NCBI GenBank assembly: GCA_021773195.1
Contig: JAJFKN010000032.1
Coordinates: 18,644-82,643, forward strand
Source of the DNA: Gammaproteobacteria bacterium
GTDB lineage: Bacteria; Pseudomonadota; Gammaproteobacteria; JAKBBU01
DNA: 64,000 bases
Direction of reading: 5' to 3'
Made by a program: the position numbers and the translations under genes. Of the stretch, positions 30,688 to 40,889 are shown one piece after another (position 1 is the first letter of the stretch; every line of letters starts with the position of its first letter). Under the pieces are notes generated by a model. The model was not told the DNA's origin. It saw only the letters and a program-made list of their open reading frames with translations, and made no database searches.

Positions 30688-32093
30688 TAGCTTATCTTCA
30701 TCATGAATTTAACTATACGTTTTACTTTGTCAGAAAACAAAGAAGAAGTGTAATAACTTCCCGCAGCGCGTTTGCTAATTTCGCTGAAGGTGGGATAGGG
30801 CGCGATAACATCGGTAAAGCTGCGTAGAGTTTTCTTTTTGGCAATGGCCTGGACCCAGGGCAACAATAATTCCCCTGCGTTACGGCCCACAATAGTAACA
30901 CCCAAGATCCGCGCTTTTTCATCGGTTAAGATCTTTATTTTGCCTTTTTTAGCAGATTCTGCATGGGCTCTATCCACCTCGTCAAAGGGCCATTCAGTAA
31001 CAACGGCTTCAGGTACTTCGTGAGATAGGGCGCCTACATGGGCTAATTCAGGGTCGGAATAAGTAACCCAAGGAATCGCTTGGTAATTCACTTTCGCGGG
31101 TAATTTAAATAAAATATTCTTTAACACAATCCCAGCATGGTAACTGGCTACATGGGTAAATTGATAGGCTGAAGCCACATCACCCATGGCATAGATTTTT
31201 TTATTACTGGTGCGTAGTCGGTCATCTACTTTAATACCTTTCGGGGTATAATCCACCTTGGCCTTTTCCAATTGCAAATTATCCACGTGGGGTTTACGTC
31301 CTGTGGCGATCAACAGATGGCTGCCGGTTATGGATATTTGATTATCATCACTGCGAGCAATGACTTCAATACCTTCAGTGGTTTTTGAGACTTCTTCCAC
31401 TCCAATGCCTTCATGAATAGTGACCTTCAGGTCTTCTAGCCCCTGCTTGACTATAAGAGCGCAATCCACTTCATCTTTGGGTAGTAATTTAAAACCTTCT
31501 AAAATAGTGACTTTAGATCCGAACATAGCAAAGGCGTATGCTAATTCACAGCCAATGGGCCCACCGCCGACAATGATGAGGTGCTCGGGTAATTGGGTAA
31601 TAGAAAAAATAGTTTCGTTAGTGAGATAATCAATGGTGTCTAGGCCCTTAATGGATGGGATGAAAGGTGCCGAGCCCGTGGCGATAACAATACGTTTGGC
31701 TTGGATGACATGCTCACCCGCTTGCACATGCTTTTCATCAATGAAATAACCAGCTTCTTCAATCACGGTGACGCCTAGCGCTGTGAAGCGTTCCACAGAA
31801 TCATTTACGGCTATGGTATCAATAACAGTATGTACATGAGCCATGACTTCAGTGAAATTTAATTGAATATTGTCACAGTGTATGCCAAATTTATTGGCAT
31901 CTTTAGCATGCCGAAAGGCTTTTGCTGCTGATAATAGAGATTTAGAAGGGACGCAACCGTAATTTAAACAATCGCCGCCCATGCTACGGCCTTCTAATAA
32001 TATGACTTTTGCGCCCATTTGAGCAGCCCCTGCCGCTAAGCTTAATCCACCTGCGCCAGCACCTAAAATAACGATATCACATTTGTGTTTCAT
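30687..32093 (-). CDS. Pyridine nucleotide-disulfide oxidoreductase (mercuric-reductase-like, no C-terminal Cys pair)
   Basis: GAGAGG, GGDCLNYGCVPSK, GGGPIG and YPT.SE. Confidence 0.88.
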   Translation of the reverse strand: MKHKCDIVILGAGAGGLSLAAGAAQMGAKVILLEGRSMGGDCLNYGCVPSKSLLSAAKAFRHAKDANKFGIHCDNIQLNFTEVMAHVHTVIDTIAVNDSVERFTALGVTVIEEAGYFIDEKHVQAGEHVIQAKRIVIATGSAPFIPSIKGLDTIDYLTNETIFSITQLPEHLIIVGGGPIGCELAYAFAMFGSKVTILEGFKLLPKDEVDCALIVKQGLEDLKVTIHEGIGVEEVSKTTEGIEVIARSDDNQISITGSHLLIATGRKPHVDNLQLEKAKVDYTPKGIKVDDRLRTSNKKIYAMGDVASAYQFTHVASYHAGIVLKNILFKLPAKVNYQAIPWVTYSDPELAHVGALSHEVPEAVVTEWPFDEVDRAHAESAKKGKIKILTDEKARILGVTIVGRNAGELLLPWVQAIAKKKTLRSFTDVIAPYPTFSEISKRAAGSYYTSSLFSDKVKRIVKFMMKIS

Positions 32094-32805
32094 TTCTTTT
32101 AGCCTTAATCCATTTGTAAATCATGGGAAGTGTTGAAAGAAGTGCTAGCGCTACTAGAGGGAGCAGCACTTGAGGCTCAAATATGATGCCTAGGTTAGGT
32201 GTTTCACCACTATCAAAAATATAGCCTAAACCATTACCTATGGAAACATAGATAAAGGAACCCGGAATAATGCCGAGAAATGTCGCTAGAATGTAGCTGC
32301 GCTTTTTCATACCTAATAGTGCAGGCACGATGTTGACTAGCCAAAAAGGAAAAATAGGGATTAAGCGAATGATAAAAAGGTAAGTGAAGGCATTTTTATG
32401 AAATCCTTCTTCCATGGTATGTGTCCATTTTGCGGCCTTGCGAGCAAACCAGTCTCTCAGAGCCAAATTAACCGCCAAGAAAATCACAAAGGCACCGATA
32501 GTAGCACTGATGACAACGGCTATGGTGCCAAGGATGGGGCCAAAAAGGAAGCCGCCGCTTAGTGTCAATAGAACGGCGCCTGGGATGGATGCTGCTACGG
32601 CTACGATATAAACAGCCGAAAAGCATAACAGAGCCAATATTAAATGTTGTTCGGTCCAATTCAATAAAATTTGTCGGTGATCTTGCAGGCTCTCAAAGGT
32701 CAGGTAAGTATAGAGTCGAAAATAGAAAAAGCATCCCAAAATGGCGACCAGTAAGATTAGTAATAACCATTTTTTAAAATTGAATGAGCGAGTGTTTTCA
32801 GTCAT
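32077..32805 (-). CDS. TVP38/TMEM64 (DedA-related) membrane protein
   Basis: PGA..LTL.GG.LFG, RL.P.FPF..VN and T.LGI.PG. Confidence 0.9.
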   Translation of the reverse strand: MTENTRSFNFKKWLLLILLVAILGCFFYFRLYTYLTFESLQDHRQILLNWTEQHLILALLCFSAVYIVAVAASIPGAVLLTLSGGFLFGPILGTIAVVISATIGAFVIFLAVNLALRDWFARKAAKWTHTMEEGFHKNAFTYLFIIRLIPIFPFWLVNIVPALLGMKKRSYILATFLGIIPGSFIYVSIGNGLGYIFDSGETPNLGIIFEPQVLLPLVALALLSTLPMIYKWIKAKRNETQM

Positions 32806-32940
32806 AACTACCCTACCTGGACTGGATTCTGCATCTTTTCTTCTTTGCTAAGATTAGGAAATAAGCTGCAGAATAACGTTGATGTTGCACCATTATAGCT
32901 AAAGAATGAGGGGGATGGTCTATGGGTTATTTCTGGTATT

Positions 32941-34104
32941 CTATTTTATGACCAAATAATGTTGGATCAGGGTTCGAATGAATTGTTCACAGGCATTAAG
33001 TTGAGTAACCTCTAGAAATTCATTGGCGCGATGGGCCTGTTGGATGCTACCAGGGCCGCAAATAAGGGTGGGAATGCCTGCTTGTTGAAAAAGCCCGCCT
33101 TCCGTGCCATAGGCGACTTTTAAGGTGCCCTCTTCTTTCGTCAATGCATAGATAAGTTGTGAGAAAGGATCATCTTTTTCAGCCTGTAAGCCGGGAACAG
33201 TTGCAAGCGGCGTTAATTCTAATTGGGCATCAGGGTACTCGGTCTGCATAGCGGGCAATAATTCTTTTTGAATAAAATGCTGAATACGAGTAGTGATGAT
33301 TTTAGGAGCCATGGTTGGCAGATTACGGAATTCGAACCAGACTTCACAAAGTGCTGGTATGGTGTTTATGGCGTTACCGCCTTGAATCATGTTAGTGCTC
33401 ATACTAGTGAAAGGTATATCAAAAGAGCCATCAGCCTCACCTTTATGACGCAATTCATGGGCGATTTGGCGCAGTTTGCAGATAAATTGAGCGGCATATT
33501 CGATGGCATTACAACCTTCTGATGTTAAGGAAGAATGAGCTGCACGGCCATGGACACTGCAACGGAATACATTGATGCCTTTATGGGCTATGACGGGGCG
33601 CATTTCCGTTGGTTCGCCCACAATACAAGCTTCAGGTTGAATACCCTGTTGTTGCAAATCTTCAATTAAGAGAGGGGCCCCTAAGCAGCCTACTTCTTCA
33701 TCATAAGAAAAAGCCATATGTAAAGGCTTGGATAATTTCATCGTCTGTATTTCTGGAACCATAGCTAATACCACAGCGATGAAACCCTTCATGTCGCAAG
33801 TGCCTCGACCAAATAAATAATTTTCTTTTTGGGTTAATATGAAGGGGTCGGTATCCCAGTCTTGTCCGTCAATAGGAACTACATCCGTATGACCGGATAA
33901 CACTAACCCACCATTCACACTACCATCTTCAGCTGGAATGGTTGCGACTATATTAGCTTTTGTTTTTTCATCATCATAAGTTAAACGACAGGGAATATTT
34001 TTTTCTTTAAAAAAAGAGGCAATGTGGTTGATGAGTTCAAGGTTGGATTTATGGGAAGTGGTATCAAAGGCAACTAATTCAGTTAGCCAGCGAAGGCTGT
34101 CCAT
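32941..34104 (-). CDS. argE: Acetylornithine deacetylase (M20)
   Basis: SGHTDVVP, GRGTCDMKG, DEEVGC, GEPT and AH..NE. Confidence 0.9.
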   Translation of the reverse strand: MDSLRWLTELVAFDTTSHKSNLELINHIASFFKEKNIPCRLTYDDEKTKANIVATIPAEDGSVNGGLVLSGHTDVVPIDGQDWDTDPFILTQKENYLFGRGTCDMKGFIAVVLAMVPEIQTMKLSKPLHMAFSYDEEVGCLGAPLLIEDLQQQGIQPEACIVGEPTEMRPVIAHKGINVFRCSVHGRAAHSSLTSEGCNAIEYAAQFICKLRQIAHELRHKGEADGSFDIPFTSMSTNMIQGGNAINTIPALCEVWFEFRNLPTMAPKIITTRIQHFIQKELLPAMQTEYPDAQLELTPLATVPGLQAEKDDPFSQLIYALTKEEGTLKVAYGTEGGLFQQAGIPTLICGPGSIQQAHRANEFLEVTQLNACEQFIRTLIQHYLVIK

Positions 34105-34179
34105 GTGGATAGTTCCTTAAGCGTGAAAAGACCTTAATATACGCTATCATTCTTTATGTGGCAAGCCATCCACAAGGTC

Positions 34180-35655
34180 TTATTCTGTTGTACTATAAAC
34201 AAAATGGCCAAATCGGCGGTGGCTCTGCAATTGCTCCAGCAAGCGAATTTTACATTCACCCTTAGGATCAACCAGTATTAATTCACTACCTGCTGCTAGA
34301 GCTGGATTAGTAGTGATGATGGATCGTTTGTGATTCAATGAATGGAATTCTGGAATGACCAAGGCAAGCTGTTCTGCCAAATCACTTTGCTTTGCTTGCA
34401 ACTTAATAGCTACAGCTTCTGCTTTTGGAGCCAATAATTGAATGCCCATTTGAGCTTCATTGGAATCCTCTTGTTGAATCCAACGTATAGAGGCTAATTG
34501 CCAGTGGGTACTACCAGGTTCGCGAAGACAAGCAAGGTCTCCTGCCTGGACACCATTAAAGTCGTAGTTCTTGCGGGAGATGCGATACCCCTTAGGGCTT
34601 GTGTTGATGACTTTCCAAATGACGGATGGATACTCAGAATTATCATTTGATATTGAATTTTGACAAACATAATGTGCCGCTGCAAGCCCTGTAACCACTT
34701 CAATATCCCCAGGACAGCACATACGTGAAAAATCACGCACATTGGGTTTATCCCAAGCTGAAATGAGTCGGGTGAGAAGGTTATGAGGTATGATATTTGG
34801 ACTTTGAGAATTGCGATTCAATAATAAACTTAAATGGTTAAGCAAAGGCATGGTATCCAAGTACCGCATTGAATGACCCACTTCTATTTCAGGGTGTATA
34901 CTACGATGGACAGCGCCTTGGTCTTTATCGAGAGCGGCAACAAATTCTGAAGAATCACTAGCTTGTTTGCTTAATTTTGCAAAGGAAGCCCAATCTTGTA
35001 ACTGTTGAAACAAAATTATTTGATCTTGGGGTTGAAATTGTGCGGGATTAGCAAGACTAAAAAGAAGTGAACTCATGTAGAGCTTTATAATGGAATATTT
35101 AACTAATTTGTTTTGATGTTCTTCTGTGATGACCGTATCCAATAATTTGTTTTCTTCAGCCAATAAAAAGAGATTATGTAAAGTTTCCCAATAACCACTA
35201 TTAATAGGTTTGTAGTAAAGGTAGCGGCGAAAGGCGATTTGGTTAAGATTCCACATGCTGCGGGTTAGGCAAGAAAGCAGGATGTGGCCGCGTCGAAACG
35301 ACAAACGGATTTTTTTCTTGTCTTGCTGCATGAGAGCTAAATAACAGGAGACTAAACTTTGTTGCCCTCTTTCCAAGGCCTTATAGTAATCCTGTGTTGA
35401 GGCCAGGGCATTTTTATTTTGCTGGAGTTGTTCAATGGCAAGGGTATGCAATTTAGCTATTTGTTGATGAGCGCATTCGAGGACTTTACAACGTTGGCTG
35501 ACATCCATTTCTCTCTCAATAAGTCCGTCCAAAGATTCACTTAACAGGAGGGCCATCTGATTTGGATGCCTCATGGATAATGTGCTAATCCAATGCAATA
35601 TTTCTTTGGGCGTTCCAGTGATGAGTTGGTGAGCACTAGAGGATGTATGGCGCAC
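34180..35655 (-). CDS. Helical protein with C-terminal atypical PilZ-like domain (FimW-like)
   Basis: RDFSR (RxxxR) and NTSPKG (D/NxSxxG); IRW...E..MG.QLL. Confidence 0.6.
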   Translation of the reverse strand: MRHTSSSAHQLITGTPKEILHWISTLSMRHPNQMALLLSESLDGLIEREMDVSQRCKVLECAHQQIAKLHTLAIEQLQQNKNALASTQDYYKALERGQQSLVSCYLALMQQDKKKIRLSFRRGHILLSCLTRSMWNLNQIAFRRYLYYKPINSGYWETLHNLFLLAEENKLLDTVITEEHQNKLVKYSIIKLYMSSLLFSLANPAQFQPQDQIILFQQLQDWASFAKLSKQASDSSEFVAALDKDQGAVHRSIHPEIEVGHSMRYLDTMPLLNHLSLLLNRNSQSPNIIPHNLLTRLISAWDKPNVRDFSRMCCPGDIEVVTGLAAAHYVCQNSISNDNSEYPSVIWKVINTSPKGYRISRKNYDFNGVQAGDLACLREPGSTHWQLASIRWIQQEDSNEAQMGIQLLAPKAEAVAIKLQAKQSDLAEQLALVIPEFHSLNHKRSIITTNPALAAGSELILVDPKGECKIRLLEQLQSHRRFGHFVYSTTE

Positions 35656-35856
35656 GGCAGTTTCCTTTAACTTATCTTAATAGTATAAATAAATATAACT
35701 CACCGAGGGAAAACAGCAAATCATTTGCTCAATCTGTAGAGAATGTCTGGCAATAGGCCAATTAATGGCATTTTTTTGACTTTTTAACCTCTCCAGACCT
35801 GAAAATTTTTCTCATCTCAAGGTATCATAGGGGTCTTATGACCTAGAGGAAGTATC

Positions 35857-36429
35857 ATGGCAACGTATAATACTAATGATTTTCGAGGTGGATTAAAATT
35901 GCTCATTCAGGGCGACCCTTGTAGCATTATTGAAAATGAATTTGTAAAGCCAGGCAAAGGCCAAGCCTTTGCTCGAGTGAAGTTACGCAACTTGAAAACA
36001 GGACGTGTTCTGGAGCGCACCTATAAATCTGGTGAAACCGTAGAGGCGGCTGATGTCATGGAGGTAGAAATGCAATACCTTTACAATGATGGTGCTGCCT
36101 GGCACTTCATGGATAATGCCACCTTTGAACAATTGTCCGCCGATGCTAATGTGGTGGGCGAGGCTGCAAAATGGTTAAAAGAACAAGACATATGTACCCT
36201 TACTCTATGGAATGGTGCACCTATTTCCGTGGAGCCAGCTAACTTTGTTATTTTAAAGATTGTTGAAACGGATCCTGGCCTGCGAGGTGATACCTCCGGT
36301 GGTGGCGGTAAGCCTGCTACTTTGGAAACGGGTGCTGTTGTACGTGTGCCTTTATTCGTTCAGCAAGATGAATTAATTAAAGTGGATACGCGTTCTGGTG
36401 AGTATGTGTCTCGAGCTAAAGATGACTGA
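35857..36429 (+). CDS. efp: Elongation factor P
   Basis: VKPGKGQAF and [15 protein letters not shown]. Confidence 0.98.
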   Translation: MATYNTNDFRGGLKLLIQGDPCSIIENEFVKPGKGQAFARVKLRNLKTGRVLERTYKSGETVEAADVMEVEMQYLYNDGAAWHFMDNATFEQLSADANVVGEAAKWLKEQDICTLTLWNGAPISVEPANFVILKIVETDPGLRGDTSGGGGKPATLETGAVVRVPLFVQQDELIKVDTRSGEYVSRAKDD

Positions 36430-37375
36430 GACTTGGCAACCTTCGGCATCCATTGCTGCCTTACGTCGACGCTCAGAAATATTAGCTCATATACGCGAGT
36501 TTTTTTCCCAGCGTAAAGTGATGGAAGTGGAGACGCCTTTATTGGCGCCTTATTCTGTGACGGATGTTTATTTGCAATCCTATGCTATAGAAAAACCCCC
36601 TCAGTCGGTGCCTCTTTATTTACAAACATCCCCAGAGTTTGCCATGAAACGTTTATTGGCGGCGGGCAGTGGACCTATTTACCAACTGAATAAAGCATTT
36701 CGACAGGAAGAAAAAGGTCGCCAACATCGTCCGGAATTTACTTTATTGGAGTGGTATCAGCCCGGTTATGACCATCACCAGTTAATGCAAGAAGTCGTGC
36801 AGTTGGTGATGGGCGTGGTGCCTAATTTGCAATTGGTGTATGTGAGCTACCGTAAATTATTTCAAGATAATTTAGCTATAAATCCTCATAATGTTAGGTT
36901 AAATGATATATCTCCTCTGATGCATAAAAATGGTTTAGGAAATTTATTGGAAGAAAATGATGTCACCACTTGTCTTCAAGTTTTAATGTCACATGTGATC
37001 GAACCTACCTTCCCAGACAATCAGCTGACTTTTGTTTATGATTATCCCGTTAAGCAGGCTGCCTTAGCGCGGATTAGGGCCGATGAAATACCTGTAGCCG
37101 AACGCTTTGAGATGTATATTGGGCAGATAGAAATAGCCAACGGTTTTCATGAACTGTGCGATGCTGAAGAACAGCGTGAGCGTTTTCGTCAAGATCAAGT
37201 CATGCGTTGTCAACATAGTATGCCACCCGTTGCTATGGATGAAAAATTCTTAGCTGCCTTAGAATCCGGTTTACCAGATTGCTCTGGAGTGGCTCTAGGT
37301 GTAGACCGTTTGATTATGGCAGCTTTAGAATTGCATGACCTTGCCGAGGTGATTGCCTTTGCTAATGATTATTAG
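36422..37375 (+). CDS. epmA: EF-P lysine aminoacylase
   Basis: [30 protein letters not shown] and GVALG.DRL; adjacent to efp. Confidence 0.95.
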   Translation: MTETWQPSASIAALRRRSEILAHIREFFSQRKVMEVETPLLAPYSVTDVYLQSYAIEKPPQSVPLYLQTSPEFAMKRLLAAGSGPIYQLNKAFRQEEKGRQHRPEFTLLEWYQPGYDHHQLMQEVVQLVMGVVPNLQLVYVSYRKLFQDNLAINPHNVRLNDISPLMHKNGLGNLLEENDVTTCLQVLMSHVIEPTFPDNQLTFVYDYPVKQAALARIRADEIPVAERFEMYIGQIEIANGFHELCDAEEQRERFRQDQVMRCQHSMPPVAMDEKFLAALESGLPDCSGVALGVDRLIMAALELHDLAEVIAFANDY

Positions 37376-38759
37376 AATTACAACTCTTATAAATCAATAG
37401 TGGCGCTACACAAAAGACAACAATACCTAGTACTAAGAATGTTTCGAAGAAAAAGATATTTCCGACGTTCACATCTGAAGGCGGGAAAAATCCAATTATA
37501 GTTGCTGCAATACAAGTGATAAAGCCTGTCCCTGCGATGAGCCAAAGGGTGATGTTACCTCCAGGGATTTTGTAGCTGCGTTTTTTATCAGGGTATTTAT
37601 AGCGTAAGCGAATAACGGCTGCAAACATAAAGAGATAAACGATTAAAGCCAGCTGGGCCGTTAAATCAGACAGTAACCAGTAGGAACTATTTACATTGGG
37701 TGTCATCAAAAATACGGTGCAGAGTAAAGTAAAAATCAAACCCTGTAACAAAAGAATGGCTATCGGTGCATTTTTACCATTGATACGCATCAAGGCTTCG
37801 GGTAGACAACCGTCGCGCGCTGCAATCATCATGCCCTTGGTGGGGCCGATGACCCAAGCCGAAACACCACTTAATCCGCCGATAATGATCAAAATAGCGA
37901 TTACCGGTATCATCCAACTCATATTAAAAGTGTTAAAGAAAATGCCGAAGGCTTTGATCAAGCCCGAAACCAAGCTGAGAGAATCATGTGGTACCACAAT
38001 GGCAATAGCTAAGGAAGAGCAAACCAAAGTGACAAAGATGATTATGGTTGAATAGAGTAGAGCGCGAGGATAATCGCGCTGTGGATTTTTTACTTCCTCC
38101 GCGTGCACAGCTGACATTTCCATCCCAATCAACCCAAAAAGAATAGCCGTGAGAAAAGCAATATTCTGCCAATTACTCAAGCTGGGGAGAAAGTTATGCA
38201 GGGTAAATTGAATTTGCAGAGGTTTACCCATGAAAACCCAAGCTATACCTAACCCTATAATCATAAGCATGGGAATGATCGTTCCTAAGATAGCCCCTAT
38301 GGTGCTGATGGCACCTGATACGCGCATACCCAAGCAATTGAGAATAGTGGCCGTCCAAAACATGCTTAGAATTATGATTAAAATTAAAGGTTTTTCATCA
38401 ATGAGGCCGGGGTTCAATAGGTATATAAAGGTACTTGCGAGAAAAGCTAAAATAGTTGGATACCAGACAATATTGTAAATCCATTGCAGCCAGATAGTGA
38501 CCAACCCCCAGCGTTTGCCAAAGGCTTCACGCACCCACACATATAGCCCCCCATTTTCAGGCCAGGCGGTGGCTAGCTCGGCTGCCACCATGGCCACAGG
38601 GATGAAAAAGGACAATGCGCCTACAATATAAAAGAAAAGGATAGAAAAGCCGTATTCAGCGCTGATAGGCAAGCTACGCAGACTGTCTACAGCGATGACG
38701 TTAATCATCACCAAGGTGAATACGCTAAGTACGCGACGGGGTTTTTTACTAATAATCAT
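37362..38759 (-). CDS. APC-family amino acid permease (GadC-like)
   Basis: AELAT..P..GG.Y.WV..AFG and EEVKNPQRDYP. Confidence 0.9.
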   Translation of the reverse strand: MIISKKPRRVLSVFTLVMINVIAVDSLRSLPISAEYGFSILFFYIVGALSFFIPVAMVAAELATAWPENGGLYVWVREAFGKRWGLVTIWLQWIYNIVWYPTILAFLASTFIYLLNPGLIDEKPLILIIILSMFWTATILNCLGMRVSGAISTIGAILGTIIPMLMIIGLGIAWVFMGKPLQIQFTLHNFLPSLSNWQNIAFLTAILFGLIGMEMSAVHAEEVKNPQRDYPRALLYSTIIIFVTLVCSSLAIAIVVPHDSLSLVSGLIKAFGIFFNTFNMSWMIPVIAILIIIGGLSGVSAWVIGPTKGMMIAARDGCLPEALMRINGKNAPIAILLLQGLIFTLLCTVFLMTPNVNSSYWLLSDLTAQLALIVYLFMFAAVIRLRYKYPDKKRSYKIPGGNITLWLIAGTGFITCIAATIIGFFPPSDVNVGNIFFFETFLVLGIVVFCVAPLLIYKSCNSNNH

Positions 38760-38950
38760 AATTTTCTCACTTACATCAATGGGTTATTGTCATAGAACAT
38801 GGCTCTTAAGCATGCCGATGGCAGGCTAAGAGCTGTCTATGAGAATGATGTAAGTGTTTGTTATTCATGTTGAACCTCAAAAGATTAAGTACCAATATAC
38901 TCAACAGCGAATTTGAATGCAACAAGTTTGGCCTAATCTTTTGGTCTAAT

Positions 38951-39811
38951 TTAGGGCGTTAAATCCAAGTTAACCTGCCCAATGGATTTACCCAGGGTCA
39001 CCGGTGCCTGGGGTGCAAGGTGTTCTTCCCATGAGGTCATCCCTTTAGGGGTTAAAACAATGGCCGTGGACCCCATTTGAAAATGCCCCATTTCTTGGCC
39101 TTTTTCTAATAGCATACCTGAGGAATAGGTCCAGGTTTGTAGTTGGCGAGGGCGGTGGGGGGCAACGCAGCCATGCCAAGACGTGTATATGCTGGCAACG
39201 ATCATTGCTCCCACTAAAATAACGGCCATAGGCCCCATGTCAGTTTGGAAGTAACAAATGACGCGTTCGTTACGCGCAAAAAGGTTGTCAATATTATTAG
39301 CTGTGTTTTGGTTAACTGAAAATAGTTTGCCTGGCACATAAACCATTTCGCGCAGTTCTCCAGCAAAGGGCATATGCACGCGATGGTAATCTTTGGGCGC
39401 TAAGTAAATAGTAATGAATTGGCCTTCATCAAAGTCTGAGACGCGTTGTTCATTACCAGCTAAAAGATCCTTTAATTGATACTCATGGCCTTTCGCTTGA
39501 ATGAGACGACCTTGTGTAATGGCACCTAATTGACTAATAGCACCATCGGCTGGGCTAACGACTGTGTTATGACTTGCATCCATAGGGCGCATGCCGGGTT
39601 TTAAATGACGGGTGAAAAATGCATTAAATGATGTGTAGGTATAGGGATTAGAATGTTCTGATTCTTCTAGGTTTACATCAAATAATGTGAGAATTACTTT
39701 TATAAAAAGATTTTTTATCCATTTTATTTTGGTGTTGGCTAAGTAGCCCATAAATCGTGAGAGTAAACGGTGGGGCAGTAAATATTGTAATAATAAATGT
39801 AAACGTTGCAT
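38951..39811 (-). CDS. psd: Phosphatidylserine decarboxylase proenzyme
   Basis: FNAFFTR, SPADG, YLAPKDYHRVH and the MGST cleavage motif. Confidence 0.95.
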   Translation of the reverse strand: MQRLHLLLQYLLPHRLLSRFMGYLANTKIKWIKNLFIKVILTLFDVNLEESEHSNPYTYTSFNAFFTRHLKPGMRPMDASHNTVVSPADGAISQLGAITQGRLIQAKGHEYQLKDLLAGNEQRVSDFDEGQFITIYLAPKDYHRVHMPFAGELREMVYVPGKLFSVNQNTANNIDNLFARNERVICYFQTDMGPMAVILVGAMIVASIYTSWHGCVAPHRPRQLQTWTYSSGMLLEKGQEMGHFQMGSTAIVLTPKGMTSWEEHLAPQAPVTLGKSIGQVNLDLTP

Positions 39812-39812
39812 A

Positions 39813-40826
39813 TTAGTCCTTAGTATAAGTTTTCAATAATGCCAGGTAGCGTGTATATCGCCATTCACTGATTAGGCCATTTGTTACGGCGGTTTTGATG
39901 GCACATTCAGGCTCTTCTATGTGACGGCAATTACGGAATTTACATTTCTCTATATGGGGTGCAAATTCCACGAAGTTGCGTGCTATATCCTTCGCATCCA
40001 TGTGCCATAATTTAAATTCACGGATCCCTGGTGAATCGATGAGGTCTCCGCCATGAGTGAAATGATAAAGCCGACAATTGCTTGTAGTGTGTTGGCCATG
40101 GCCTGTGGCTTCTGATAACTCACCCACACGAATAATTTCATGGGGTAATAAGCGCGCTAGGATAGAAGATTTTCCTACCCCTGACTGTCCGATGAAGACA
40201 CAAGTTCGATTATCTATATATGCTAATAATTCATCTAAACCAGTCTCGGTCATGGTACTGGTATAAATCACGGGATAATGAATTTTCTTGTAAATATTGA
40301 AATGGTCTTGTAGGGCTGAGAATGCCTTTTCATCTAAGGCATCAATCTTATTCACTACAATAATGGGTTGTATATCCGTCGCTTGGCAAGCCAACAGGTA
40401 AGGGTCCAGGCGTTCTATGGAATGAGGGGGTTCAGGCGCCACGACGATAACAATATTTTGTATATTGGCAGCCATAGCTTTCATGTGGCCGTGGGCATCT
40501 GGGCGAGCTAGGGTCGATGAACGAGGCATTAAAGCTGTAACCACGCCATTTTCATGTTGGCTTTCTTGCCATAGTACTTCATCACCGGAGACCACATCCC
40601 CCAAATGTTGGCGCATTAGGCATTGAAAAACCTGCCCATCAGCTTTTTCTACTTCCAGGCGAGCACCATGACGAGTGATCACCAAGCCCTTTTGTTCAGG
40701 TCCTAAGTGGTCATCGGTAAGCATCGATGCTGCCTGGCTATCGCGCTTAGCGGCACGCTTGCGGCGTTCTTCTTGAATTTTTTCGATCCGCCATGCCTGT
40801 TGCCGGCTGATCTTGCGTTTGCCCAT
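39813..40826 (-). CDS. rsgA: Ribosome small subunit-dependent GTPase A
   Basis: NKID, GQSGVGKSS, DSPG and CKFRNCRH..EP.C. Confidence 0.96.
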   Translation of the reverse strand: MGKRKISRQQAWRIEKIQEERRKRAAKRDSQAASMLTDDHLGPEQKGLVITRHGARLEVEKADGQVFQCLMRQHLGDVVSGDEVLWQESQHENGVVTALMPRSSTLARPDAHGHMKAMAANIQNIVIVVAPEPPHSIERLDPYLLACQATDIQPIIVVNKIDALDEKAFSALQDHFNIYKKIHYPVIYTSTMTETGLDELLAYIDNRTCVFIGQSGVGKSSILARLLPHEIIRVGELSEATGHGQHTTSNCRLYHFTHGGDLIDSPGIREFKLWHMDAKDIARNFVEFAPHIEKCKFRNCRHIEEPECAIKTAVTNGLISEWRYTRYLALLKTYTKD

Positions 40827-40889
40827 GGCCTCTTCTCGGGTTAGACTGTGTATGGACATTGTAGCCTTTTGCTAGAAGGTTGGATAGCA

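Noticed and set aside
30687-32093. merA / mercury resistance
   Set aside because: No C-terminal Cys-Cys, no NmerA domain and no merR/T/P
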